A DNA stretch of 64,000 nt from Anaerolineae bacterium (GTDB lineage Bacteria > Chloroflexota > Anaerolineae > B4-G1 > DUEL01), in assembly GCA_041082215.1 (NCBI GenBank), contig JBDOIF010000014.1, positions 1-64,000 of the forward strand, written 5' to 3'. This document shows, piece by piece, positions 1 to 9,419 of this stretch (positions are counted from its first letter, which is position 1; every line of letters begins with the position of its first letter). The position numbers and the translations under genes were made by a program. The notes beneath the pieces were generated by a model that did not search any database, was not told where the DNA came from, and saw only the letters and a program-made list of their open reading frames with translations.

Positions 1-690
1 CCGGTTCGTGGGACCCGGCATGCTCATGTGGGCGATCACGTTGCCTTCTATATCCCGAATAGGGACACCAACGGCACGGATTCCCGGCTCGAACTCCTCG
101 TTGTCAACTGCGTATCCTCGCCGTCGCACGGCTTCCAGCTCCTCTCGCAGCTGAGCGGGCGAAGTGATGGTATTCTCCGTATATGCTACAAGGGGAGCGT
201 TCAGCACAGGCTCTACAACCTCCGGCGGCAAGAACGCCAACAACACTTTGCCGCCAGACGTGCAATGGGCAGGCAGGTGACGCCCGACGCGGGCAGCAAT
301 GGTCAGCGCATGCTCACTCTGCACGACTTCTACATACAGCACCCGACCACGGTCAAAGACGCCGAGAGTGCACGTCTCCTGAAAGCGCTCCACCAGTCGC
401 TCCATATGAGGGAGAGCTTCTCGCCGGAAGTCCAGATGGTGCAGCACTCCCAGGCCCAGCCCGGCAATACGAAGTCCCAGGCGATACTTTTCGCCGTCTG
501 CTGTCCGTTCTACAAAACCGCAGTTCAGCAGCGTCATCAGGATACGATGGACAGTGGCTTTGTGCAGACCCGTCGCCTGGGCGATCTCGGACAGGCCTCG
601 CTCAGGGTGCTCATCATCGAGAGATAACAGAACCTGCACGGCTCGTTCTACAGCTTGCACGTTATAGATTTTGTGTCGCTTATCACTCAC
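1..690 (-). CDS. IclR-family transcriptional regulator (3' end outside window)
   Basis: Not in the ORF track. Manual translation from GTG 690 gives VSDKRHKIYNVQAVERAVQVLLSLDDEHPERGLSEIAQATGLHKATVHRIL...PAHCTSGGKVLLAF...DNEEFEPGIRAVGVPIRD; close paralog of 9420-10187. Confidence 0.92.
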   Translation of the reverse strand, partial: MSDKRHKIYNVQAVERAVQVLLSLDDEHPERGLSEIAQATGLHKATVHRILMTLLNCGFVERTADGEKYRLGLRIAGLGLGVLHHLDFRREALPHMERLVERFQETCTLGVFDRGRVLYVEVVQSEHALTIAARVGRHLPAHCTSGGKVLLAFLPPEVVEPVLNAPLVAYTENTITSPAQLREELEAVRRRGYAVDNEEFEPGIRAVGVPIRDIEGNVIAHMSMPGPTNR

Positions 691-712
691 GAATCAACCC
701 GGATAATAGAGG

Positions 713-787
713 GTGTAGCGATGGCCAGCCTGACCTTGTTCTGTTCGGCCTGTCGCAGCCTTAAGGCTCGGCAGGCCATCGCTACAC
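713..787. repeat. GTAG-type REP-like inverted repeat
   Basis: GTGTAGCGATGGCC (713-726) and GGCCATCGCTACAC (774-787) are perfect 14-bp arms; inner AGCCTTAAGGCT palindrome. Confidence 0.7.
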
Positions 788-829
788 TGCAGCGCACTAA
801 CCCTGATACCCTGGTTGGGCGCCTACCAC

Positions 830-2134
830 CTATCTCTCATCAAATGGGGGCGCTGGGTAGAGCAGGTCAGCCGTAGCATACTCGAAGGGCCACACCAGCT
901 CCAGCTGGCCGTGCTGCCACTGAACAAGCGGATTCAAGACGTTGCCTGTGCCATCCTCGTTGAAGGTGACAGGGCCGACTACAGTCATCATGTCGGTTGC
1001 GGCAATGGCGTCCCGGATCGCATCCCGGTCCAGAGTGCCCGCGGCCTCGATAGCCGCAGCCGCGATCTGCACACAGGCATAGGCCGGTCCCGTCAGCAGA
1101 TCGGCAGGCCGTCCGAACGCGGCCTCGTACCGAGCGTTGAGCTCAGCCACCCCTGGGAAGGTCAAACCGTGGTGCCAGCCGGGGAATATGGTGATATAGT
1201 CACCGGCCGTCCCCATCGTCTCTGCCCAGGCGACGTTTTCTGGAGCTCTGATCATCAGAGTGAACTTGGGCGCCCATCCGAGCTCGCTCATCTGCCTGAC
1301 CATTGTGATGCCATCCGGGGGACTGGGCAGGGCGAGCAGCACCTCTGCGTCCGCCTCCATAGCCTTGAGGATCATCCCCGACATGTCCTCAGTCCTGGGG
1401 GCATACTCCTCGTGGACCACCACCTCATATCCGTACTCCGCAGCTTTCTCCGCCCACAGCCCTCCGAGCTCGATGCCCCAATCGGTGGTCTCCTGAAAGA
1501 TGGCTATCCTGGTCGGCCTCTGATCCTCAGGGATTGTGTTGAGGACCTCGAACACATCATTGGCCTGGTTGGGTGACTTGGGAAACGGCGAGAACAGGTA
1601 CCGGTAGCCCTGCTGGTGAATTGAGTAAAGGGCGAAGGCAATGCCAAGATAGGGGACCCCGTTCTTCTCGGCGATAGCCGCAGTGGCGGCATGCATGTCG
1701 CTACCGGCACCTCCCAGGTAGACGACCACGTTCTGCTCGGCGTAGAGCGTTTCAAGCTTGCTCACCGCCTTGGTGGGATCAGACTCGTCGTCGTAAATCG
1801 TGAGGCGGATGGGGATCCTGGTGTCGTACTCCGCGACATACACCCCTCCGGCTGCGTTGATATCTTCCACGGCGAATTCGTATCCCGGCCTCACCATAGC
1901 GCCAAGGGCACCGTACTTTCCCGTCATGGGGATCGACGCACCGAACTCTATATACTCCGGTGCTGGTGGTCGGGCTTCGGTGGGGGCTTCAGTGGGGGCT
2001 TCGGTAGGGGCCTCGGTCACCTCCTCCGTGGGTGGGGCTTCTGTAGTCGGCGTCACCGTAGCGGGTCCGCAGTTGGCCAACAGCATGCCCATCAAGAGCA
2101 CGGCCATGATCGCCATCACTCGTCTGGTTCTCAT
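830..2134 (-). CDS. Branched-chain amino acid-type ABC transporter substrate-binding lipoprotein
   Basis: Lipobox LANC, TEAP repeat linker, type I periplasmic-binding-protein motifs (YDDESDP, GPVTFNEDG); adjacent permeases and ATPases. Confidence 0.9.
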   Translation of the reverse strand: MRTRRVMAIMAVLLMGMLLANCGPATVTPTTEAPPTEEVTEAPTEAPTEAPTEARPPAPEYIEFGASIPMTGKYGALGAMVRPGYEFAVEDINAAGGVYVAEYDTRIPIRLTIYDDESDPTKAVSKLETLYAEQNVVVYLGGAGSDMHAATAAIAEKNGVPYLGIAFALYSIHQQGYRYLFSPFPKSPNQANDVFEVLNTIPEDQRPTRIAIFQETTDWGIELGGLWAEKAAEYGYEVVVHEEYAPRTEDMSGMILKAMEADAEVLLALPSPPDGITMVRQMSELGWAPKFTLMIRAPENVAWAETMGTAGDYITIFPGWHHGLTFPGVAELNARYEAAFGRPADLLTGPAYACVQIAAAAIEAAGTLDRDAIRDAIAATDMMTVVGPVTFNEDGTGNVLNPLVQWQHGQLELVWPFEYATADLLYPAPPFDER

Positions 2135-2273
2135 TGACTAATCCTCCTTATTTTACTGCCGAGAAACGTCTCCAAAACGCAAACCTCGCCCTGTATGCAC
2201 GTTCACATTATGTCACTTCATAGACAGCCCTCCTTTAAATGTGAGTATTTGCCAGTGGCCATTCACTGGCGAA

Positions 2274-3254
2274 TCAGTCCTTTCTCAGCTCCAAAGAAGG
2301 GACTGCGGTCTCCCTGTATTTCAGGCGGCGGGCAATTGCCTGGCGCACCCGCTCCCAGGCCTCGACTAGCCCGCCCGGCAGGAAGAGCACTACCAGGATG
2401 AACAGGATGCCGAACACGATCAGGTGGTATTCCCCCATCCTCAAGACCAGAAACTCTTTGACCAAGACAAAGAACACCGCGCCAATGACGGGGCCGATGA
2501 CGGTGCCCACACCACCGACGAAGGTGATCGTTACCGGGTCCAGGCTCCACAGAGGCGTGAATGTGTAGTTGAAATAATAGCTGGTCTGATAATACGCGTA
2601 AGCCCCCCCAGCCAGTCCACCCAGGAAAGCGCTAAGCGCCAGGGCCAGCAGTTTGTGGCTGAACGCGTTGACGCCCAGCGCTTCTGCGGCGTCCTCATTC
2701 TCGCGCACGGCCATCATACCCAGACCCAGCCTCGATTTAGCCAGCATATAGGCTACCCCTATCGTGAAGAGGGCCAGGGCCAGGATGAGGTAATAGCGAA
2801 GGTTGAGTTGATAGTTTTGGATGTCCTCAATGGGGAGGTAAGTGATCTTGGGGAGCACGTTCCCTACGGTAATGTAGAGAATTTGCGACAGCGCCAGCGT
2901 GCCGATCGTGAAATAGTCCCCTCTGAGTCTGAGCCTGAAGGCGGGAATTCCAATGAACATGGAAAAAACCACAGCCACAACGCCCGCGGCCAGAAGGCTG
3001 GGAAAAATGTGGAAACCGCTGGTGTACAGCAGGCGAGTTGCCAGGGTCCCCAGGCCAAAGAAAGCGGCATGGCCCAGGTTGACCTGCCCGGTGTAGCCTC
3101 CTAAGATGTTCCAGCTCACGGCCAGCATAACGTAGATGAAGGTCAGGATCAGCAGGTTGACCGCACTGTCCGACTTGATAAAGGTGGGGACCAGCCAAAG
3201 CACCATGACACCGACAACGAGAAGGGCGACAGGGATGATTTTCTTTACGGTCAT
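2274..3254 (-). CDS. livM: Branched-chain amino acid ABC permease (LivM-like)
   Basis: SWNILGGYTGQVNLGHAAFFG, AVRENEDAAEALGVN, GGVGTVIGPVIG. Confidence 0.88.
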   Translation of the reverse strand: MTVKKIIPVALLVVGVMVLWLVPTFIKSDSAVNLLILTFIYVMLAVSWNILGGYTGQVNLGHAAFFGLGTLATRLLYTSGFHIFPSLLAAGVVAVVFSMFIGIPAFRLRLRGDYFTIGTLALSQILYITVGNVLPKITYLPIEDIQNYQLNLRYYLILALALFTIGVAYMLAKSRLGLGMMAVRENEDAAEALGVNAFSHKLLALALSAFLGGLAGGAYAYYQTSYYFNYTFTPLWSLDPVTITFVGGVGTVIGPVIGAVFFVLVKEFLVLRMGEYHLIVFGILFILVVLFLPGGLVEAWERVRQAIARRLKYRETAVPSLELRKD

Positions 3255-3257
3255 TGA

Positions 3258-4139
3258 CTAACCCTCTTTTGTGCCGAACAGCCCCTGGGGTCTAATGAGG
3301 AGAACCAGGATGAAGATAACCAGGCCGACAACCTGCCGGTAGTTGCTGTTGATGAAGACAGCGGTGGCCGACTCGGCAACCCCCAGGATGAGGCCCCCGA
3401 CAAGGGTCCCCGTGATGCTCCCGATGCCCCCCATAACCAGCACGATCAGGCCCTTGAGCGTCCAGTGCATTCCCATAGTCGGCTCGACGGAATATCCTAC
3501 AGCTACCAGGGTCCCCGCCGCCCCAGCCAGAGCAGCGGCCAGCAAGAAAGAGAGAAGATAGACCCTGTGCACGTCAATCCCCATCAAAGTGGCCGCCTCC
3601 CAGTCTTCCACAGTGGCCCGGATGGCTTTGCCCGTATAGGTCCTTCGGAGGAACAGTTGAAGGGCAAAAAGAAAAACAAAAGCAAGAATCAGGCTCGCCA
3701 CCCGTACGTAGGGCAGACGCACCCCAAGGATCGTTAACGCCTCCCTAGCATATGAGGGGGTAATGCCCCGGTTGTCAGCGGTCCATAGACGCAGAGCCAC
3801 GTTTTGCAGGATCAGGCCCAGGCCGAACCCGACCAAGAGGGTATTCCTGATCTTTTCCTGCGTGGGAAGCTTCGCCATGCGGGAAAAGAGCAATCTGTAT
3901 ACGAGCAACCCGATTAAGACCAAGAAGAGCATGGATAGGGGAATACTCGCAAAAGGGTCCACGCCCAGCAGAGTAAAGAGCCAGAAGCTCGCGTAACCGC
4001 CAAACATCAGGAATTCCCCATGGGCCACGTTGAGGAACTTGGTCACTCCAAAGACCAGGGACAGCCCTACCGCCGCCAATGCATATAAGGCACCTACCAG
4101 AATTCCAAAGGCCAAGCTCTGAGCCACAGTCGCAGGCAT
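3258..4139 (-). CDS. livH: Branched-chain amino acid ABC permease (LivH-like)
   Basis: GLSLVFGV..LNVAHGEF, GKAIRAT, RPQGLFG. Confidence 0.88.
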   Translation of the reverse strand: MPATVAQSLAFGILVGALYALAAVGLSLVFGVTKFLNVAHGEFLMFGGYASFWLFTLLGVDPFASIPLSMLFLVLIGLLVYRLLFSRMAKLPTQEKIRNTLLVGFGLGLILQNVALRLWTADNRGITPSYAREALTILGVRLPYVRVASLILAFVFLFALQLFLRRTYTGKAIRATVEDWEAATLMGIDVHRVYLLSFLLAAALAGAAGTLVAVGYSVEPTMGMHWTLKGLIVLVMGGIGSITGTLVGGLILGVAESATAVFINSNYRQVVGLVIFILVLLIRPQGLFGTKEG

Positions 4140-4174
4140 AGGAACCTCACTTTATGTATGGCATCTTATGTGTT

Positions 4175-4876
4175 CTATCCCAGGTAGGCGCTTCGCACAG
4201 ACTCGAAGGACAAGAGATCCTCGTGAGCCCCCTGTCCCACAACCCGGCCGTTCTCGATCACATACGCTCTGCTAGCCAGTTCCAGAGCCGCCCGAATGTT
4301 TTGCTCCACCAGCAGGATCGTCACCCCCTGCTTGTTGATCTCGGTGATCGTCTCAAAAATGTGTTCCACCAATAAGGGGGCTAGACCAAAAGAGGGCTCG
4401 TCTAGCAACAGAAGCTTGGGTTTCGACATCAGGGCCCGGCCAATCGCCAGCATCTGCCGCTCGCCGCCGCTCAACGTTCCCGCCCGCTGATGCTTGCGTT
4501 CCTCGAGGCGCGGAAAGATTCCAAAGACCCATTGCAGGCTCTGCACCCTGTCTTTCCTGGCCTGGGCGACAAAAGCCCCTAACTCCAGGTTTTCCAGCAC
4601 CGTCATCCCTGTAAAGACCCGGCCGCCCTCCGGAACCTGGGAGATGCCGAGCTCGACGATCCTGTTGGCCGGTTCCCTGACCAGGTCTCGACCGCAGAAG
4701 CGAACGGTTCCGGCGGCGGGTTTGAGCAGCCCGGTGATGACCTTCAGAGTGGTCGTTTTCCCCGCGCCGTTGGGGCCAATGAGCGCGACGAATTCCCCCT
4801 CATTTACCTCCAGGCTGACGTCCCACAGGGCCTGGAGTTGTCCATAGTAGGCATTGACTCCTTTTAGCTCAAGCAT
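4175..4876 (-). CDS. livF: ABC ATP-binding protein (LivF-like)
   Basis: Walker A GPNGAGKT, LSGGERQMLAIGRAL, LLLDEPSFGLAP. Confidence 0.92.
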   Translation of the reverse strand: MLELKGVNAYYGQLQALWDVSLEVNEGEFVALIGPNGAGKTTTLKVITGLLKPAAGTVRFCGRDLVREPANRIVELGISQVPEGGRVFTGMTVLENLELGAFVAQARKDRVQSLQWVFGIFPRLEERKHQRAGTLSGGERQMLAIGRALMSKPKLLLLDEPSFGLAPLLVEHIFETITEINKQGVTILLVEQNIRAALELASRAYVIENGRVVGQGAHEDLLSFESVRSAYLG

Positions 4877-5600
4877 ATTGGGCCTTACCCAGATATACCC
4901 CTATGACGTGAGGATCGCGAACGACCTCCTGGGGGGAACCCTCCGCTATCTTCTCCCCCATATTCAGGACGACGATGCGGTCGGAGAGCCCCAGTATGGC
5001 CTTGACAATGTGCTCCACCACCACAATCGTGATGCCCGAATCCCTGATCTGCCTGATCAGATGCATGGCCTGCTCGGCCTCCGCATGGTTCAGGCCAGCC
5101 ATAAGCTCGTCCAGGAGAAGCAATTGTGGCTTTGCAGCCAAAGCCCTGGCCAGCTCAAGTCTTTTGCGTTCCATAAGAGTGAGATTCCTGGCCAGGACGT
5201 TGGCTTTGCCCAGGAGGCCCACGCGCTCGAGCATCTTTTCCGATTCCTCCCTGGCTGCCCTGAGGTTCCTGGCCGAATCCCGGCCATATACACTGCCCAC
5301 CATCACGTTCTCCAGCGCGGTGAACCCGAGAAAGGGCTTGATCAACTGAAAGGTCCGCGCTACACCTCGTCGACACATCAGGCAGGGAGGGAGGCCGGTA
5401 ACGTCCTCGCCCTTAAATGTAATAGTGCCAGAATCTGGCTTCAGAAACCCGCTGATCAGGTTCAGGACAGTGGTCTTCCCCGAGCCATTGGGGCCAATCA
5501 TTCCAACGATCTCGCCCTGCTCGACCCCGAACCCCAGATTATTGATTGCCCTCAAACCCCCGAAGGATTTGCAGACCCCTTCAACCCTCAAGAAACTCAT
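4869..5600 (-). CDS. livG: ABC ATP-binding protein (LivG-like)
   Basis: GPNGSGKT, ARTFQ, LLLDELMAGLN, C-terminal VYLG. Confidence 0.92.
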   Translation of the reverse strand: MSFLRVEGVCKSFGGLRAINNLGFGVEQGEIVGMIGPNGSGKTTVLNLISGFLKPDSGTITFKGEDVTGLPPCLMCRRGVARTFQLIKPFLGFTALENVMVGSVYGRDSARNLRAAREESEKMLERVGLLGKANVLARNLTLMERKRLELARALAAKPQLLLLDELMAGLNHAEAEQAMHLIRQIRDSGITIVVVEHIVKAILGLSDRIVVLNMGEKIAEGSPQEVVRDPHVIGVYLGKAQYA

Positions 5601-5618
5601 ATCTCTTCTCCGCTGTCT

Positions 5619-5804
5619 TCACATTTCGTCCTCTTCGACGAAAACGATAGCGCCGGACGGGCAGTTCTGCTCGCACGTCCCGCACTCGATGCAGATGTTG
5701 ACGTCTATCTCGCACTGGGTCTCACCCTCCTGGGCAGCACCGGTCGGACACCCGGCGACGCAGGCGCCGCACAGAATACACGCATCGGTGACTCGATAAG
5801 GCAT
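5619..5804 (-). CDS. 2[4Fe-4S] ferredoxin
   Basis: 61 aa with two CxxCxxCxxxCP motifs. Confidence 0.92.
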   Translation of the reverse strand: MPYRVTDACILCGACVAGCPTGAAQEGETQCEIDVNICIECGTCEQNCPSGAIVFVEEDEM

Positions 5805-5859
5805 CTTTACCTTCCCTCACCTAACTAGCCGACACTTCTGTCGACGTCCACGAGCCCTA

Positions 5860-5973
5860 CCACGAATGGCACGAATGAACCGAATCTTATGAATGTTCCT
5901 GGGCAGCTCTAAACTCGTGAGGCCTGGCCCACGGAATTTGTGCCATTCGCCGGATTCGTGGAATTCGTGATCC
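5860..5973. repeat. CACGAAT/ATTCGTG periodic inverted-repeat element
   Basis: About 4 degenerate (CA)CGAAT units facing about 4 ATTCG(TG) units; same style as the interior of 58159-58249. Confidence 0.65.
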
Positions 5974-5999
5974 ATAAAACTATCTGATGGCTGGTCGCC

Positions 6000-6770
6000 C
6001 TATCTGGAATACATGCCCTCTGGATCGATCTCCTCGCGGATCAGGCGAACCTGCTCCGCCGTCGGCGCTTCCGTGACCGGTAGATCGTCGGGCACGATCG
6101 GCTCAAAGGACATGTTGGCCAGCACATCCTCGAGCGTGATGCCGGGATGGATGGACTCCAGCCGCACCCGTTTGCTCACCGGGTCGAAGCCAAAGACCGC
6201 CTTGTCTGTGATCAGGCGGCTGGGCCCGCCCCGCAGCCTCGCTGCCTCACGCTCCCCGCCTCCCCGCAGATACCCCGGGCTCGTGATGAAGGAGACTGCC
6301 TGGTTGAGTTTGCGCGCTTCGTGGCGAATGATGATGATCGTGCGGCGGGCAGACGACGCAATGTCGTTGGCACCCCCGCTGCCCACGAAATGGCGGAACT
6401 TGCCCCTGGGATCGCCGAGCAGCGTCGTGTTCAGGTTGCCGTACATATCGGTCTCAAGGCCGCCCAGAAACCCCACGTCCACCAGCCCCCTGTGCAGCAC
6501 CGTGCCCAGCATGTCCACAAAACTGCTCAGAACCTTGGCCCGATACCAGACTCGAGGATCGGCCAGGCCTACCCCTGTGTGCACAGGCTCTGGGTCTACC
6601 ACACCCAGCTCGAAAAGTATCGTGATGTTCGGGGCGTGGGTGCGCTTGGCAAGGAAGGACGCCACCACCGGCAGGCCGATCCCCACCGCCACCACCTCGC
6701 CGTCCTTCAACTCACGCGCGCCCGCCGCCGCCATCAGCTCAAGGGGGGTATACTCAAGATATGCGGTCAT
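6000..6770 (-). CDS. Family I CoA-transferase beta subunit (GctB-like)
   Basis: VGIGLP, FELG (catalytic Glu position), DMYGNLNTT, GSGGANDIAS, ITSPGY. Confidence 0.88.
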   Translation of the reverse strand: MTAYLEYTPLELMAAAGARELKDGEVVAVGIGLPVVASFLAKRTHAPNITILFELGVVDPEPVHTGVGLADPRVWYRAKVLSSFVDMLGTVLHRGLVDVGFLGGLETDMYGNLNTTLLGDPRGKFRHFVGSGGANDIASSARRTIIIIRHEARKLNQAVSFITSPGYLRGGGEREAARLRGGPSRLITDKAVFGFDPVSKRVRLESIHPGITLEDVLANMSFEPIVPDDLPVTEAPTAEQVRLIREEIDPEGMYSR

Positions 6771-6788
6771 ACTTGCTCTCCTCGTGCC

Positions 6789-7688
6789 TCAATACCCCAG
6801 AATCGGATCAGCAACCAGGTCGTTCAGACGTTTCATGCCGCCAACCCGCTCCAGGTAATCCCAGTGGTCTTTGACCCCGTACACATACTCATCCAGGTAC
6901 TTTCGGACCCCTTCTGGCGTCTTGGTAGCCTCCGCGTACCGAACGATGTGCTCTGCATCGTAGTCATAGATGCGGTATACAGACGTGGGATGGGCGGAAA
7001 AGGGCAGATGGACCACGTGGGAGACCTTGAACCCCGGGATCACCGTCCGCTCTGCATCGCGGCGGATCACCTCGGTGGGCACAAGACGCTCGGTGATGAC
7101 GATGGCCCGCTGGCTTGCCTTCACCTGCTCCTCGTTATCCCAGCGCGGGCCGTAAATCCAGGCATTCCCTTCCTCGTCGGCCACCTGCACCTGCACCACC
7201 GCCACGTCCGGCACAAGCGGCTTGAGCACCAGCCAGTTCTCTCCGGTAAAGGGGTCATCCACCGTACTGACTTCCGATGGCGCGATCTCCTGCAACCGCC
7301 TGAGGATGTCGGAGCCGCGCAGGGAGCGGATCGGGATGAAGGGCAGGCCGAGGGAGCCGGCCAGGTAGCGGAAGGCCATCGAGAGGCTGCTGTATTCCTC
7401 CGCAACCAGCGTACCCTCTTCAATGCCCCGATTCACGCAGTTGAGCCGGCCGAAGCGGTCGAGCGAGCCGCCGCCGTAGATGATCCGCTCCACCGCCCCC
7501 GCTCCGACCAGCAGGTCCGCATCCATCGCCCCGACGCACTGCGAGACCGTCAGCCCGCGGATGCCCTGGCGGATCACCTCGCGTGCGAAGGCCATATTGC
7601 AGCGGGTGATGGCAAACCCTGAGAGGGCGACGTGCGCCCCTGAGGGGATGGTCGCAACTGCCTCCGCCAGTGTCGCTAACTTGCTCAT
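6789..7688 (-). CDS. Family I CoA-transferase alpha subunit (GctA-like)
   Basis: AGSLGLPFIP, GSDI, PDVAVVQVQVADEEGN, AHPTS; ATG 7688 follows GGAGG. Confidence 0.88.
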   Translation of the reverse strand: MSKLATLAEAVATIPSGAHVALSGFAITRCNMAFAREVIRQGIRGLTVSQCVGAMDADLLVGAGAVERIIYGGGSLDRFGRLNCVNRGIEEGTLVAEEYSSLSMAFRYLAGSLGLPFIPIRSLRGSDILRRLQEIAPSEVSTVDDPFTGENWLVLKPLVPDVAVVQVQVADEEGNAWIYGPRWDNEEQVKASQRAIVITERLVPTEVIRRDAERTVIPGFKVSHVVHLPFSAHPTSVYRIYDYDAEHIVRYAEATKTPEGVRKYLDEYVYGVKDHWDYLERVGGMKRLNDLVADPILGY

Positions 7689-7704
7689 CGGCACCTCCAC
7701 TCAG

Positions 7705-8166
7705 TCAAACGGTCGGCCGTGAATCGAAGAGGACGAGCAGGATCTGGCACCCCCCATCCTCCACCTTGATCTCCGCCAGTTCGACCGGACGATCCAGCAC
7801 CTCTTCGATCGCCAGCACCACCAGGTTGGCCGGCACACAGGTGAAGGGCTCTACCCCCCTGGCGGCCAGCCTCTGCTCCACCGGCACGTGCAGGCAACCG
7901 CGCACCTGAACCCGCAGCAGCTTGTCCTCGATCTGATGGGAGACCTCGGCGACCAGCCCCTCCTCCCTCAGCACCTGCTTGATGACCTCAATAATCGGCT
8001 CTACTTCTTTCGTCTGAATTCTGGGCAGGCACTTGCTCAGGAAATAATCCCGGCCGACCGTCGTCACGCGAAAGCGAGCCCCCTTGCCCCTTTCGTCCCA
8101 GAACGCTTTTTGCAGATCGTGGACGATGCTGTTGATGTAATCCAGAGAGACCTGGCGCTCGCTCAT
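7705..8166 (-). CDS. Hypothetical protein, probable V4R-like Cys-ligated metal/ligand-binding domain
   Basis: VRGCLH...FTCVPAN...GGCQI Cys spacing; ATGA overlap with nitroreductase. Confidence 0.55.
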   Translation of the reverse strand: MSERQVSLDYINSIVHDLQKAFWDERGKGARFRVTTVGRDYFLSKCLPRIQTKEVEPIIEVIKQVLREEGLVAEVSHQIEDKLLRVQVRGCLHVPVEQRLAARGVEPFTCVPANLVVLAIEEVLDRPVELAEIKVEDGGCQILLVLFDSRPTV

Positions 8167-8843
8167 GACTCCTCCTTGTTCTCATAGTAGGGAACGCCCC
8201 ACTTCTCGCGGTAGACCAGTTCGTGCAAGGGGATGCGCGGACGGGGCCGGGGGTAGCGCGCGGCATGGCCCACGGCGACAATGCTGACGATTTTCAGCCC
8301 CTCGGGCACCCCCAGCAGGTCCTTCAGGCGCTCTTCGTCGCGGATGTCAATGCAGGGCGCGATCACCCAGCAGGCCCCCAGCCCCAGCGCCGTCACCATC
8401 AGCAGCATGTTCTCGATCGCCGCAGACGTGTCGTAGGGCAGGTCCCAGACGTCTTTGCGGCCGCAGACAACGATGTCGACCGGCGCCTCGGCGAGGAAGG
8501 CGGATACCTGTCCGGAGGTCAGTTTCTCAAAGGCCGCCTTCCTCTTCGCCTCATCCTCCAGACTGGCGAAGCGCTCCTGCATCTTCTGTGTGACGAACTC
8601 CGCCGTAAACCGGCGCCCACTGCCGCCGCTGGCGATCGCGCCGAGCCGCCTGCGCGTCGCCGGGTCGGTGACAATAATAAAGCGCCAGGGCTGGGCGTTT
8701 TCACCCGAAGGCGCCTGGCGCGCGGCCTCCAGAATCATCCGCAGGTCCTGCTCCGACACCGGTTCGTCGGTGTACTGACGGATGCTCCGGCGGTCCTCGA
8801 TGATCTTGACCGCCGCCTGGATCAGATCGTACTGCTCTGGCAT
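8163..8843 (-). CDS. Nitroreductase family flavoprotein
   Basis: RRSIRQY, APSGENAQPWRF, AAIENMLL..TALGLGACW; ATG 8843 follows GGAGG. Confidence 0.92.
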   Translation of the reverse strand: MPEQYDLIQAAVKIIEDRRSIRQYTDEPVSEQDLRMILEAARQAPSGENAQPWRFIIVTDPATRRRLGAIASGGSGRRFTAEFVTQKMQERFASLEDEAKRKAAFEKLTSGQVSAFLAEAPVDIVVCGRKDVWDLPYDTSAAIENMLLMVTALGLGACWVIAPCIDIRDEERLKDLLGVPEGLKIVSIVAVGHAARYPRPRPRIPLHELVYREKWGVPYYENKEES

Positions 8844-8890
8844 TGTGACCCTCCCTCCAAAATTCAGGCATTGTCGGGGCAACGATGAGC

Positions 8891-9069
8891 GTCTTGCGAA
8901 ATGAGGCCTGGTGTCAGACCAGGCAGCCGGAGGAGACTTACAGCAGGATTGTTGGAAATCTTATCCATCAGAGCGACAGGTAAATTCCCAACTTGAATCG
9001 CGGAGCTACACGTGTAGAAGATGGGTCGTCTTATGTAATAAGACTAAGTCCCATTCTGCGATATAGAAT
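8891..9069. promoter_or_regulatory. Three related 17-bp palindromic boxes, putative IclR operators
   Basis: GTCTTGCGAAATGAGGC (8891-8907), GTCTTATGTAATAAGAC (9028-9044), ATTCTGCGATATAGAAT (9053-9069). Confidence 0.55.
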
Positions 9070-9093
9070 ACCACATTTGCGAGAAGTTGTCAA
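9065..9093 (-). promoter_or_regulatory. Sigma70-type promoter for the nitroreductase operon
   Basis: Minus strand TTGACA-17 nt-TATTCT with extended -10 TG. Confidence 0.75.
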
Positions 9094-9109
9094 CACGAAA
9101 GTTGTGGGG

Positions 9110-9330
9110 TTCGGACAAGAGTTCGGACAGGGTGGGAGAGCGACCCTCACCCCTCCCCCTATCCCCTCCCGGTGAGGGGAATGGGGTGGGGTCAGAAGCG
9201 GCCGATGAGCGCCTGTGTCCGAACTCACGTCAGAACTTCAGGAAAGTCGGGCGTCGGGCTTTCGGACAAGGGCTCACAGGGTGAGAGAGCCAACCTCACC
9301 CCTACCCCCCTGCCCGGAAAGGGGTGAAGG
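9110..9330. repeat. Composite repeat: two imperfect ~50-bp direct copies with CCCTCACCCC hairpins
   Basis: TTCGGACAAG...CAGGGTG(G/A)GAGAGC...CCTCACCCCT at 9110 and 9261; inverted TGTCCGAAC at 9216. Confidence 0.6.
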
Positions 9331-9419
9331 ACAGTAGGCAGGGATTCAGGCAGGATTTAGGGGAGAACGCACGTGAGCAAAAGCGGAATACAGGCACATT
9401 CTGCCCGCAAAAACCTCGC

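Noticed and set aside
28..764. Plus-strand ORFs 28-627 and 183-764
   Set aside because: Antisense shadows of the minus-strand IclR gene.
9110..9330. Mini CRISPR array
   Set aside because: Only two degenerate copies, irregular spacing and no cas genes.
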